Position numbers and translations under genes: made by a program | Shown here: positions 48,829 through 57,058 of the stretch, piece after piece | How positions within the stretch are numbered: the stretch's first letter is position 1 | How the letters are laid out: each line of letters starts with the position of its first letter | DNA from: a virus | DNA length: 64,000 nt | Virus record (IMG/VR): IMGVR_UViG_3300050821_005814 | Location: 42,806-106,805 of that record | Strand: one strand, 5' to 3' | Notes under the pieces: generated by a model | Seen by the model: only the letters and a program-made list of their open reading frames with translations | Told to the model about the DNA's origin: nothing | Database searches by the model: none

Positions 48829-48900
48829 CCCTGATGGATGCAGCATAAGGAGATGCTGCATTTACCTAGGCCAGACCTGGGATACAATGGGAGAACGAAT

Positions 48901-49140
48901 ATGAAGGTAAAGTACACGATCACTGCTGAAGTGATGGTCGACATCATGCCAGACGACGACAACAAGGTGCCGCCAAAAGTGCTTCGCAAAGTGCCATCGC
49001 AACTCAAGCATGAGTTGCGGTACACGCTGCAAGAAGACGATCAGCTGTCCAACAGCTTGCTCGATACACTCGGGCATGTCATTCGACTCAAGGTCAAGCG
49101 ATTGGCCGTCGACCAATCCGGACCATTATGGATCCGCTAA
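48901..49140 (+). CDS. Array gene, hypothetical
   Basis: Start after the conserved RBS. Confidence 0.7.
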   Translation: MKVKYTITAEVMVDIMPDDDNKVPPKVLRKVPSQLKHELRYTLQEDDQLSNSLLDTLGHVIRLKVKRLAVDQSGPLWIR

Positions 49141-49215
49141 GTAACTAGCTTGGATGGAAGCAGCGCCAATGCGCTGCTTCTACCTGCGCTAGTGCAGGGC
49201 AATGGGAGAACGAAT

Positions 49216-49563
49216 ATGAAGATCGATCCGACGACCACGCGCCGCATACTTCGGGTTGGCGATATCGTCATGGTCCGCAGCGCGCATACGAACAAGGTGC
49301 TGAAGACGATGAAAATTGATCGCGTCAGCAAGGCGCAAAAGCGCGTGCATCTCGAAGGTCAGCATGCAGACATTGCGTTTTACTACCAGCAAGGCAGCAT
49401 GCACTACAGGCAAAACCCCGGTTCGGGTTTGGCTGGTAGCTTTCTCAACGACTACTTTTGCATCGATGATGTCAAGTCCGGTCCCGGCTATATCGAAGCC
49501 GAAGGCGATGACGGCTCGAAGCTGTTTATCAACAGCAATGGCGATGTACGCGGTATCTTCTGA
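49216..49563 (+). CDS. Array gene, hypothetical
   Basis: Start after the conserved RBS. Confidence 0.7.
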   Translation: MKIDPTTTRRILRVGDIVMVRSAHTNKVLKTMKIDRVSKAQKRVHLEGQHADIAFYYQQGSMHYRQNPGSGLAGSFLNDYFCIDDVKSGPGYIEAEGDDGSKLFINSNGDVRGIF

Positions 49564-49641
49564 CCCTGATGGATGCAGCGCTCGAAGCGCTGCATCTACC
49601 TAGGCCAGCATGGCGTAGGGTATCACAATGGGAGAACTTAC

Positions 49642-50379
49642 ATGGCACTTAACGACAAGATCCGCAAGCTCATGGCACTGGCGACGCACCCTGGCAGCAA
49701 TGCGCAGGAGGCGGCCGCTGCTGCCGCAATGGCTGCAGAGCTTGCGCTCAAGTACAACATCGACCTCGAAAGCGTCTCGCAGGAGACGACAAAGCAGGCC
49801 AAGGTGTTCATGCGCGGTAACACTGCATTCAAGGTGTCGCCGCGTGACCGGTCCGCTGGCTTTGCCATACAGCATGGTATCGCCAAGCTGTATGGTGTGA
49901 AGCCTGCATACCACTATGACGGCAGTCAAAATCATATGTGGTACATTGGACAGGAGCACAACGTTGCTGTTGCCAATAGCTGGTCGGAATACCTTTGGAA
50001 CGCGTGCCTCAAGGCCAACGTCGAGTACAGCCGGCGGCGCATATACGATAGCGCGAAGGAACGCTATCGCGCGGACCAGACCTTCCGTCTGACCTTCTCG
50101 CGTGAAGTATGCTCGCGTCTCGAAGAGAAGCAGCAGCGCATGAAGGACACTGGCGTATCATCGACTGGCACGGCGCTCGTCGTTGTCAATTGGTATGAGG
50201 CTGAGCGCAAGGAGATCCAAGCTTGGGTCGACAATACTATGAAAATGAAGACGACGACCTCGAAGGCAAAGCGCATTGACTCGGGCGCTGCGCTTGCGGG
50301 GCACGAAGCTGGTCGTCGCGTTGGTCTGCATGACCAGCTCGCCGGCCGGGCGCAACCTACAATGCGCCGCATAGCCTAA
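49642..50379 (+). CDS. DUF2786-domain protein
   Basis: DKIRKLMALA......EAAAA...A..L..KYNID; C-terminal AG..AG..V.L. Confidence 0.8.
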   Translation: MALNDKIRKLMALATHPGSNAQEAAAAAAMAAELALKYNIDLESVSQETTKQAKVFMRGNTAFKVSPRDRSAGFAIQHGIAKLYGVKPAYHYDGSQNHMWYIGQEHNVAVANSWSEYLWNACLKANVEYSRRRIYDSAKERYRADQTFRLTFSREVCSRLEEKQQRMKDTGVSSTGTALVVVNWYEAERKEIQAWVDNTMKMKTTTSKAKRIDSGAALAGHEAGRRVGLHDQLAGRAQPTMRRIA

Positions 50380-50459
50380 CCTGTAGGGAAGCAACGCAGC
50401 GCTCAGCGTTGCTTCTCCCTGGGTTAGTTAGTCCAGGGTAACGCAATGGGAGAACTTAG

Positions 50460-51344
50460 ATGACACTAGAACTTAGAGATCCGCAAGTCCGCGCTGAGCT
50501 GTTCGCAATGCGCTGGGCGAGCGAGTCCGCTGCAAAGCAGTGGCTTCGTCGGCAGGGTGCCAATGCTGAGGCATTGACAACCAACGGGCTGATCGTTGGA
50601 ATGGCGCCTGACAACGGCGTCTGCCTGCAGGAGCAGGTTACTGCTGTGAAAGGGACCATCCCGCAGGCGGCAAAGGCAAAGGAGCGCAGCGCTGCAACGC
50701 GCCGTGCTCTCGAGCTGGACGCTGCGACGGGTAAGGGGAAGGTCGCGGACATCGATGACAAGGTCGCAGCGCATGAGAAAGCGGATGCGGCGGGTGATAT
50801 CGAGGATGCGCGGCCGAAGGTTCCCCAAACACTCGTCGACGGGGACACACCACTCCCTGACACGGAGTCGCTGCTCGCGCGGGACACGTCTGGGCGCGTA
50901 ATGATCAATCGGTCGCATGAGGCGTTCATTCGCCTGCCGACAATGGGACCGAAAGACAAGCTTCGCTCCTGGGCGGCATACTACGCCGCTTACCTGCGCA
51001 CTGTCATTGACGTGTGCGATGTCGAGACAGGCGCATTGATCGAACGCTTCAACGGTCGCGGTGCGACAGTACGTCCGCCATCGACCAGCAAGCCGCGCGT
51101 GTCCATGACCAATGGTACTGGTCGCGGCCGCAGGGCGAGCAGCGCTGCACTGAGTCCCTTGCAACTCAAGTGGATTGAGCTTGCGTCGCGTCCAGATGGC
51201 GCCAAGCGCACCGAGCTCACGTCTGCCAATGAGGGCACTGTCCTCAATTGGAAGGGTGTGCTCGAATCGCTTGGTAAGAAGCGCGGCCTGTCGCTGACGG
51301 TCACAAAGGCGCAGGGTGAGACGCCTGTATACAAGCTAGCCTAA
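50460..51344 (+). CDS. Array gene, hypothetical, possible C-terminal DNA-binding domain
   Basis: 294-aa ORF bounded by two elements. Confidence 0.7.
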   Translation: MTLELRDPQVRAELFAMRWASESAAKQWLRRQGANAEALTTNGLIVGMAPDNGVCLQEQVTAVKGTIPQAAKAKERSAATRRALELDAATGKGKVADIDDKVAAHEKADAAGDIEDARPKVPQTLVDGDTPLPDTESLLARDTSGRVMINRSHEAFIRLPTMGPKDKLRSWAAYYAAYLRTVIDVCDVETGALIERFNGRGATVRPPSTSKPRVSMTNGTGRGRRASSAALSPLQLKWIELASRPDGAKRTELTSANEGTVLNWKGVLESLGKKRGLSLTVTKAQGETPVYKLA

Positions 51345-51420
51345 CCTGTAGGGAAGCAGCATGGTAGCGCATGCTGCTTCTCCCTGGGTTAGACCTGGGA
51401 TGACCAATGGGAGAACGAAT

Positions 51421-51747
51421 ATGGCTAGCAGTTCATATATAGGCGAAGAGTACGCCGATCATGTCGCAGTACCTGCTTGTATCAGGCATGACGAAGAGCT
51501 TTGCTGGCACTATGCAGAGCTCGCCGCAGAGATCTTCTTTCGCGGTACGATGCCTCAGTACGATGATGCTGCGTACTGGCGGTATAGCGCAAGCTGTTAC
51601 TTGCCTGAAAACCAGCCGCAGTACCGCAACAGCATGCCTCCTCCTCCTCCAAGCGAGGATGACGCATTTGACATGACCTACGACGATTGCATCGAGGAAG
51701 CTGAAAAGATTGAGTGCGGCTTTGTCGGCGGCGAGGAGATGGTGTGA
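51421..51747 (+). CDS. Array gene, acidic hypothetical protein
   Basis: Start after the conserved RBS; D/E-rich. Confidence 0.65.
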   Translation: MASSSYIGEEYADHVAVPACIRHDEELCWHYAELAAEIFFRGTMPQYDDAAYWRYSASCYLPENQPQYRNSMPPPPPSEDDAFDMTYDDCIEEAEKIECGFVGGEEMV

Positions 51748-51893
51748 TGTCTGACCACGAAATAGTCGAGATGCTCATGCTACTCGGCAAGATCGTATGG
51801 AGCGTCGCTGGGATCGCTGCCGGTGCCTTTAGCATCTTCGCTAATGGCGTCGTCATTTGGCGCATCATGACCGGCAAACGTCTCTGGACCTGA
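51747..51893 (+). CDS. Small membrane protein (48 aa)
   Basis: Manual translation MSDHEIVEMLMLLGKIVWSVAGIAAGAFSIFANGVVIWRIMTGKRLWT; its TGA starts an element. Confidence 0.6.
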   Translation: MSDHEIVEMLMLLGKIVWSVAGIAAGAFSIFANGVVIWRIMTGKRLWT

Positions 51894-51966
51894 CCCTGAT
51901 GGATGCAGCGCAAGCGCGCTGCATCTACCTAGGCCAGTCGCTTAGGACAACAATGGGAGAACGAAT

Positions 51967-52302
51967 ATGGTACCGACTATCAGACTAATGGTCATGCGCA
52001 GCGGTACGCGCTACTTCATCTACAACCGAGGCATGACATTCGTCATGCAGCGCGCGGATGGGTCGCAGGCTGCGCTCGGCCTGATCACGCATGAACCCGT
52101 CATGTTCATGTTCGCGCTGGAAGACGCGCTGCTGTCCAAGGACAACCCCAGCGGCATGGCGATGAAAGCAGCAAAAGCGTTCCTCGGCGAGGACTGCAAG
52201 ATCAACCTTATCCACACTGTCACGAAGCCGATCGAGGATAAGGATCCCGCGATTGAGCTCGAGGCGGCGGGGATCAACCTGACGGAGGCGCATGTGTCAT
52301 GA
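51967..52302 (+). CDS. Array gene, hypothetical
   Basis: Start after the conserved RBS. Confidence 0.7.
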   Translation: MVPTIRLMVMRSGTRYFIYNRGMTFVMQRADGSQAALGLITHEPVMFMFALEDALLSKDNPSGMAMKAAKAFLGEDCKINLIHTVTKPIEDKDPAIELEAAGINLTEAHVS

Positions 52303-52685
52303 AGCGCTATAGCATTCTAATGGTATGCGGCTTGGTTGTTGCGCTTGCTTTTGCGTACGTGCACGGTGCTTTAGCTGATGGATTGCTCACAGCATTCATC
52401 GGCGCAGTATGCGGCATGTACGTTGGCAGTTGGGCATTCCAGCGCTGGGGCGACCCCAAGCTCATGCGGGACTGGGATCGTGTCAGCAACCGCAATTGGT
52501 CGCTTGCGCAAGCAAGTCAAGCAATGTTCGACGCAGGTATCGGCGAGCCTTATGCTGATGCTGAGCACGATATGATCGACCTGCTGCGGGGACACGTGAC
52601 CCTGCCCGAGTTGATCGAGGTGATGCGTATATTACACAACGCATGGGGTCACCGCTTCCTGCATGATCTCGTGACGGGCGACTAA
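52299..52685 (+). CDS. Two-TM membrane protein
   Basis: Two N-terminal hydrophobic helices. Confidence 0.65.
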   Translation: MKRYSILMVCGLVVALAFAYVHGALADGLLTAFIGAVCGMYVGSWAFQRWGDPKLMRDWDRVSNRNWSLAQASQAMFDAGIGEPYADAEHDMIDLLRGHVTLPELIEVMRILHNAWGHRFLHDLVTGD

Positions 52686-52754
52686 CGCGTACGGTTGCAG
52701 CGCTTGTCAGCGCTGCACTCGCCTGCGCTAGTGCAGGACAATGGGAGAACAAAT

Positions 52755-53420
52755 ATGGTACGCATACTATCGGTTGACTGGGACTTCTTCGTCGAGGAAG
52801 ACCCCATGCTTGACTATGGGCATCGCGAAGTAAGCCTGTTCCTCGAGATGATCTGGCATACGCGTCGCCAAGGGTACCTATGGGACCCAGCGACGCAAAC
52901 GGCCGAACCCATTCGACGTGACCTGACAAAGCTCCTGCCGTTCCGCGGCGACCCAGCGTTTCTGCAAGTGGCAGCTATGCGCTGGCACAACTACGACGTT
53001 GCGGTCGCTGAGTCACACCTGACAATCTTACAGATGATTGGGCAGCGGACCGATCTCGAGATCATCAACGTCGACGCGCATCACGACATTCACTATGGTA
53101 CCTTGCCCAAAGATGATGTCGTGCATTGCGGCAATTGGGGCGCTCACCTCATGCAGCAAAATCGCGTGCGCTCCTGGACGCAGATCTACCCGGAGTGGCG
53201 TCAGAAGTACAAGGAGACGTTTCCCCGGACATGGGCAAAGAAGCACTGCCCCAAAGTGGCCGTAAAGTTTGGCGAGCAGCGCATTCCATGGCGCGATGTC
53301 GACGCTGTCTTCATCTGCCGCTCAGGGTGCTGGACGCCGCCTGAGTACGATGTGCGCTTCAATGCGTTCACTGAGGCGATGGGTTCTAGCTACAAACTAC
53401 CTGAACGCGCGATCGAGTGA
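52755..53420 (+). CDS. Arginase/deacetylase-fold metal-binding protein (UPF0489-like)
   Basis: ILSVDWDFF, AESH, INVDAHHD, HCGNW, FICRSGCWTPP. Confidence 0.65.
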   Translation: MVRILSVDWDFFVEEDPMLDYGHREVSLFLEMIWHTRRQGYLWDPATQTAEPIRRDLTKLLPFRGDPAFLQVAAMRWHNYDVAVAESHLTILQMIGQRTDLEIINVDAHHDIHYGTLPKDDVVHCGNWGAHLMQQNRVRSWTQIYPEWRQKYKETFPRTWAKKHCPKVAVKFGEQRIPWRDVDAVFICRSGCWTPPEYDVRFNAFTEAMGSSYKLPERAIE

Positions 53421-53507
53421 CCTGCGAGGGAAGCAGCATGCATGCATGCATGCTGCTTCTCCCTGGGCCATAGTGGTCACCAGGGTTAGCAATGGGAGAA
53501 CTTAGTT

Positions 53508-54575
53508 ATGTCACACGAACTAGCTCAGACAGCCGATGGGCGTGATGCAATGGCATATGTCGGGCGTGCGCCTTGGCATAAGCTCGGGCAGAAGCTTGAG
53601 GCTGGTGCGAGCAAGGAGGAGTGGTGCAAAGCGGCAGGCTTCGACTTCCAGTATCTCGTGGACACAGTGCGCTTCGAACACAATGGAGCGCAGCACGAGA
53701 TGCCAAGTCGCCTCGTCATCTACCGCGGCGATACCTTGGCGCCGATGTCGATCGTGAGCAATCAGTTCAAGATCGTTCAGCCAAGTGACGTCATGGCCTA
53801 CTTCGACTCACTCGCGACACGTGCAGGGTTTCAGCTCGAAACGGCTGGGCTGCTGTTCGGCGGCAAGCAACTCTGGGCGCTTGCCAACATCGGCGACGAA
53901 AAGGCGGTCGCATCGGCAAAGGATCGGATCAAGGGGCGGTTGCTCATGGCAACAAGCGTTGACCTGTCACTGCCGACAACGCTCAAGTTCCTTGCGGAGC
54001 GCGTTGTCTGTCACAACACGCTATCGTATGGGATGAGAGAAGGCGGCGGGACGACAGTGCGTGTCCGTCATCGCACGACCTTCCGTCCGGATGAGGTCAA
54101 CGAGCAGCTAGGCATCACAATGCAGAGCGGCTTCGATGAAGCGATGGAAGACTTCCGCCGCTTGGCTGACACGCCGATGAACGACATCGAGATGATCGAG
54201 GCGACGATTGCGCTGCATGATCCGTCCGCGATGGACAAGGATCCGGACGAGCTCATGCAGCTACTTCACAACCACAAGCCCATCCAGCGGATCGGCGAGT
54301 TGTCAATCGGCGAGGAGGCTATCGGGTCGGAGTTACCGGGAGCTGCTGGTACGGCGTGGGGATGGTTGAACGCTGTCACGCAATACTATGATCACGAGCG
54401 GAACGCGCGGTCGGATGACTTCCGCCTGTCGCGCACTTGGTTTGGCGATGGCGATCGCATGAAGTCGCGTGCGTTCGAGATTGCTATGATGACAGCGAAT
54501 GGCGATGAGTCATACAAGCATGACTTCCAAGCCAGCGGCGGCGCATTGCTTGACGCAGTGCTCGCAGCTACCTAA
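53508..54575 (+). CDS. DUF932 (TIGR03299-like phage/plasmid) protein
   Basis: PWHKLG, IVS..FK.VQP, ETAG.L.GGK..WALA, RVVCHNTL, GTAWG.LNAVT.Y.DH. Confidence 0.9.
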   Translation: MSHELAQTADGRDAMAYVGRAPWHKLGQKLEAGASKEEWCKAAGFDFQYLVDTVRFEHNGAQHEMPSRLVIYRGDTLAPMSIVSNQFKIVQPSDVMAYFDSLATRAGFQLETAGLLFGGKQLWALANIGDEKAVASAKDRIKGRLLMATSVDLSLPTTLKFLAERVVCHNTLSYGMREGGGTTVRVRHRTTFRPDEVNEQLGITMQSGFDEAMEDFRRLADTPMNDIEMIEATIALHDPSAMDKDPDELMQLLHNHKPIQRIGELSIGEEAIGSELPGAAGTAWGWLNAVTQYYDHERNARSDDFRLSRTWFGDGDRMKSRAFEIAMMTANGDESYKHDFQASGGALLDAVLAAT

Positions 54576-54641
54576 CGCGTATGGATGCAGCGTTTCGCGC
54601 TGCATCTACCTGCGCTAGGGCAGGATAATGGGAGAACTCAA

Positions 54642-54947
54642 ATGGCTAATCTTACGAAGCAAGAAGCGAGCGTGCTTGCTGGGATGTTTGCTGTGACCAA
54701 CATGGGTCAACGGTGCCCAAGCAAGGAGCTCATACTGCGCGCAAAGCGCAGCGGGCTGAACGATGCCAACTCAATTGCGTGCATGTTCGCCGTGGAGTAC
54801 ATGGAAACCGTTGCTGACGAGAAAGCTTGGACGCAAGAGACGCGCTATTGGCAGCGGGAGCTCAGCAAAATGACCATGGAGAAAGTCGCTGAGATATGGC
54901 CAGACAATGCGAAAGCATATGCGGAGGCTGTAGCCGCGAACGCCTGA
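54642..54947 (+). CDS. Array gene, hypothetical
   Basis: Start after the conserved RBS. Confidence 0.7.
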   Translation: MANLTKQEASVLAGMFAVTNMGQRCPSKELILRAKRSGLNDANSIACMFAVEYMETVADEKAWTQETRYWQRELSKMTMEKVAEIWPDNAKAYAEAVAANA

Positions 54948-55030
54948 CCTGCGAGGGAAGCAGCATGCATGCATGCTGCTTCTCCCTGGGCCAGATGGTT
55001 TACCAGGGGCACAACAATGGGAGAACGAAT

Positions 55031-55261
55031 ATGAGTACGCGAGTAGAAATCGTACTGGGGATCAACCTGACACTCGCATTGCAGCGGGTAGATCATCCGA
55101 TCCGCGGTGCGCTGCCTGTCATCGCACTCTACACCTACAGTGCTAACGGCAACATCGAACAGCGGATCGATCTCGTAGGCGCGCGTAGCTTGCGGGATAC
55201 GCTTGATGCCTTGATCAAGGACATCGAGCACGATCAAAAGCTTGAGATGGAGCGCGTATAA
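55031..55261 (+). CDS. Array gene, hypothetical
   Basis: Start after the conserved RBS. Confidence 0.65.
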   Translation: MSTRVEIVLGINLTLALQRVDHPIRGALPVIALYTYSANGNIEQRIDLVGARSLRDTLDALIKDIEHDQKLEMERV

Positions 55262-55441
55262 ATGGGAAAAATTCGTATGCGCACCAGCACAGCAGTCAAT
55301 TTGGTCAAGCGCGGTATCCGTGACGGTCTCACGAACGACGAGATCCGCGCGCTGCCGCAATTCAAGCGGCTTGAGGCCGATTGGAAGTACCGCGTCAACG
55401 ACAAGCAAATTGATCGCTTGCGCGGCCTCAACGTCGACTGA
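55262..55441 (+). CDS. Small basic protein (59 aa)
   Basis: Manual translation MGKIRMRTSTAVNLVKRGIRDG...; its TGA starts an element. Confidence 0.55.
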   Translation: MGKIRMRTSTAVNLVKRGIRDGLTNDEIRALPQFKRLEADWKYRVNDKQIDRLRGLNVD

Positions 55442-55517
55442 CCTTGATGGAAGCAGCGGCAATGCCGCTGCTTCTACCTCGGCCAGAGTGGACGAGGGTT
55501 ACAATGGGAGAACTCAA

Positions 55518-55706
55518 ATGCACTATGCAATTCGTTACTGGCGCGGCGATGCGAAGCACCCCACAGCAAAGGGGTCGAATGTCATCTCAGCGGAGAATCA
55601 GGAGGCAGCGGAGGCGCTTGCTGAAAAGATGATCCGCGGGATGGAGCGCTTCACGCGCCTGGCTGAAGGAACGATCAGCTACATCGTCGCGCCGGTCAGC
55701 GGCTGA
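55518..55706 (+). CDS. Array gene, hypothetical
   Basis: Start after the conserved RBS. Confidence 0.65.
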   Translation: MHYAIRYWRGDAKHPTAKGSNVISAENQEAAEALAEKMIRGMERFTRLAEGTISYIVAPVSG

Positions 55707-55719
55707 GGGGGATAGAGCA

Positions 55720-56049
55720 ATGTCCGAGGCAGTCGCACTGCGTAAGCAGGACCAGCGCCCCGACTACATCAAGCAGGTCTTCTTTGGTAAGGAGGACCTG
55801 CGCGTCGGGGACCAGCTCGCATACTGGGGCGTCCTTGACCCTGGGTCGCGCTGGCGCATCACGCAGATCACATCCTACCGCATGAAGACAACGAAGTCTG
55901 GTAAGCTTCGCTACGACCGGCAGCATCCGCGGGTAGCGCGCTTCCTGCGCGATGACCTGCATCTCGTCAACATCGCGAACGGAGATACGCACACGGTTAC
56001 ATTCGCCTATGTGCGCTACTCCGCGATATGGTGGGCGGTACCTAAGTAG
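55720..56049 (+). CDS. Last array gene, hypothetical
   Basis: GAGGGGG RBS; followed by a terminator. Confidence 0.65.
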   Translation: MSEAVALRKQDQRPDYIKQVFFGKEDLRVGDQLAYWGVLDPGSRWRITQITSYRMKTTKSGKLRYDRQHPRVARFLRDDLHLVNIANGDTHTVTFAYVRYSAIWWAVPK

Positions 56050-56050
56050 A

Positions 56051-56083
56051 GGGAGCTGAGTGTTTGCACCCAGCTCCTTTTCT
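56051..56083 (+). terminator. Rho-independent terminator closing the array
   Basis: ggagctg...cagctcc plus ttttct at the convergent junction. Confidence 0.8.
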
Positions 56084-56084
56084 G

Positions 56085-56876
56085 TCACGCAGCTAACGCG
56101 CTCATCGAGCGCTGCAACATCGCCATATCGACATCTGCAGGATCCAGCCCCGACGGGCCGAAGAACGCCGGATCGAGCACCATGTAAATCTCGTCGACGC
56201 TTTGCGTAGCGAATGACTCATCATACCGCCACATCCCATCCCATGTCTCGACATCGAAGTAGGTCTTCCCCGCGACCTCCTCACAATCGAGCACGAGGAA
56301 CTCGTGTCCGCCGATGTAGGGGTTGCCTGCGACCCACATAAAGTTTGAGTCGACATTCGCTTGCGTCAACTGCGCGCCGACCATAAGAGGTCCAAGCGAT
56401 AGCGCTTGCTTGACGGCATCCAGGTTCTTGTGATTGACACGCGTCGCGCCTTTCAGGAAGTTGCGCTGACCTGCAATCACGAGGCCGGTCTTGGTCCAGT
56501 ACTCAAGGAGACCTCCTGGACCAGCGACGACCGTCCCATTGTCTGTCGGGTTGCTACCATCCTGCTGCGTCTGCGCTGGATCATACCCTGTGATCGCGGA
56601 GTACTCGCCAACAGCCTCGTCATCTGTCGGATCGATGTCAATGCTTGTCGTGTAGGCGAGCGCTGTCTGCACGTAGTGGAATGCTGTGCAGATCACGCAG
56701 TTGCCGATGATGTTGTTGCGCAGGATGGGGATACCCTTCGCAGGCGTATGCGCGCGCCAGTTCGTGCTCTTGCCTGGCGCAAAGCTTACAGGCAGCAGGC
56801 GCTCCAATCGCGCAATGCGGCGATCATCGACCGCATCCTGCTTCCCAAGCATGCGTGTTACATTGGACTGACTCAT
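56085..56876 (-). CDS. Papain-like (C1-type) cysteine peptidase
   Basis: NNIIGNCV catalytic Cys, Y.AITGYDP...TDNG, GGHEF, ETW. Confidence 0.7.
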   Translation of the reverse strand: MSQSNVTRMLGKQDAVDDRRIARLERLLPVSFAPGKSTNWRAHTPAKGIPILRNNIIGNCVICTAFHYVQTALAYTTSIDIDPTDDEAVGEYSAITGYDPAQTQQDGSNPTDNGTVVAGPGGLLEYWTKTGLVIAGQRNFLKGATRVNHKNLDAVKQALSLGPLMVGAQLTQANVDSNFMWVAGNPYIGGHEFLVLDCEEVAGKTYFDVETWDGMWRYDESFATQSVDEIYMVLDPAFFGPSGLDPADVDMAMLQRSMSALAA

Positions 56877-57058
56877 GTTCCTGACTCCCAAAATGAGAAA
56901 GGGCAGCCGCGCGTAATTGCGACTGCCCTCCCATCAAGCATCACGCCGGCAAGGGTCAGGAAACTCACCACCGCAACGCTGACCTCTAACGCTACGACGA
57001 CCCCTGGCACTCATCCTGACCCTGGCGAACGCCATCAAGCGCCCAGCATCGCCAGTCG

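Larger units (their letters stand above)
47643..55517 (+). repeat. Array of 13 structured intergenic elements: 47643-47715, 48237-48308, 48825-48900, 49137-49215, 49560-49641, 50376-50459, 51341-51420, 51890-51966, 52682-52754, 53417-53507, 54572-54641, 54944-55030, 55438-55517
   Basis: Each: C-TRA-C at the upstream stop (two single-base exceptions), ~22-bp interrupted hairpin with a GCA(G/A)C/G(C/T)TGC core, overlapping CC..GG 3' hairpin, then (C)AATGGGAGAAC and ATG. Confidence 0.95.

Noticed and set aside
50374-50429. Twister ribozyme suggested by the GCCUAAC start
   Set aside because: Conserved twister loop-4 and pseudoknot nucleotides not found
47656-55242. ORF-track N-terminal extensions such as MQRIALHLPALVQD..., MDAAFAHAAF...NGRT
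   Set aside because: These are translations of the repeat elements; true starts follow the GGGAGAAC RBS
47643-55517. CRISPR array interpretation of the repeats
   Set aside because: Repeats are 70-90 nt, divergent and separated by whole genes rather than 30-40 nt spacers; no cas genes
47643-55517. Simple rho-independent terminators or sigma70 promoters (TACAAT as -10)
   Set aside because: No U-tract after the hairpins; the putative -10 abuts the SD so the SD would not be transcribed, TACAAT is present in only some copies, and there is no consistent -35. Not fully excluded without TSS data
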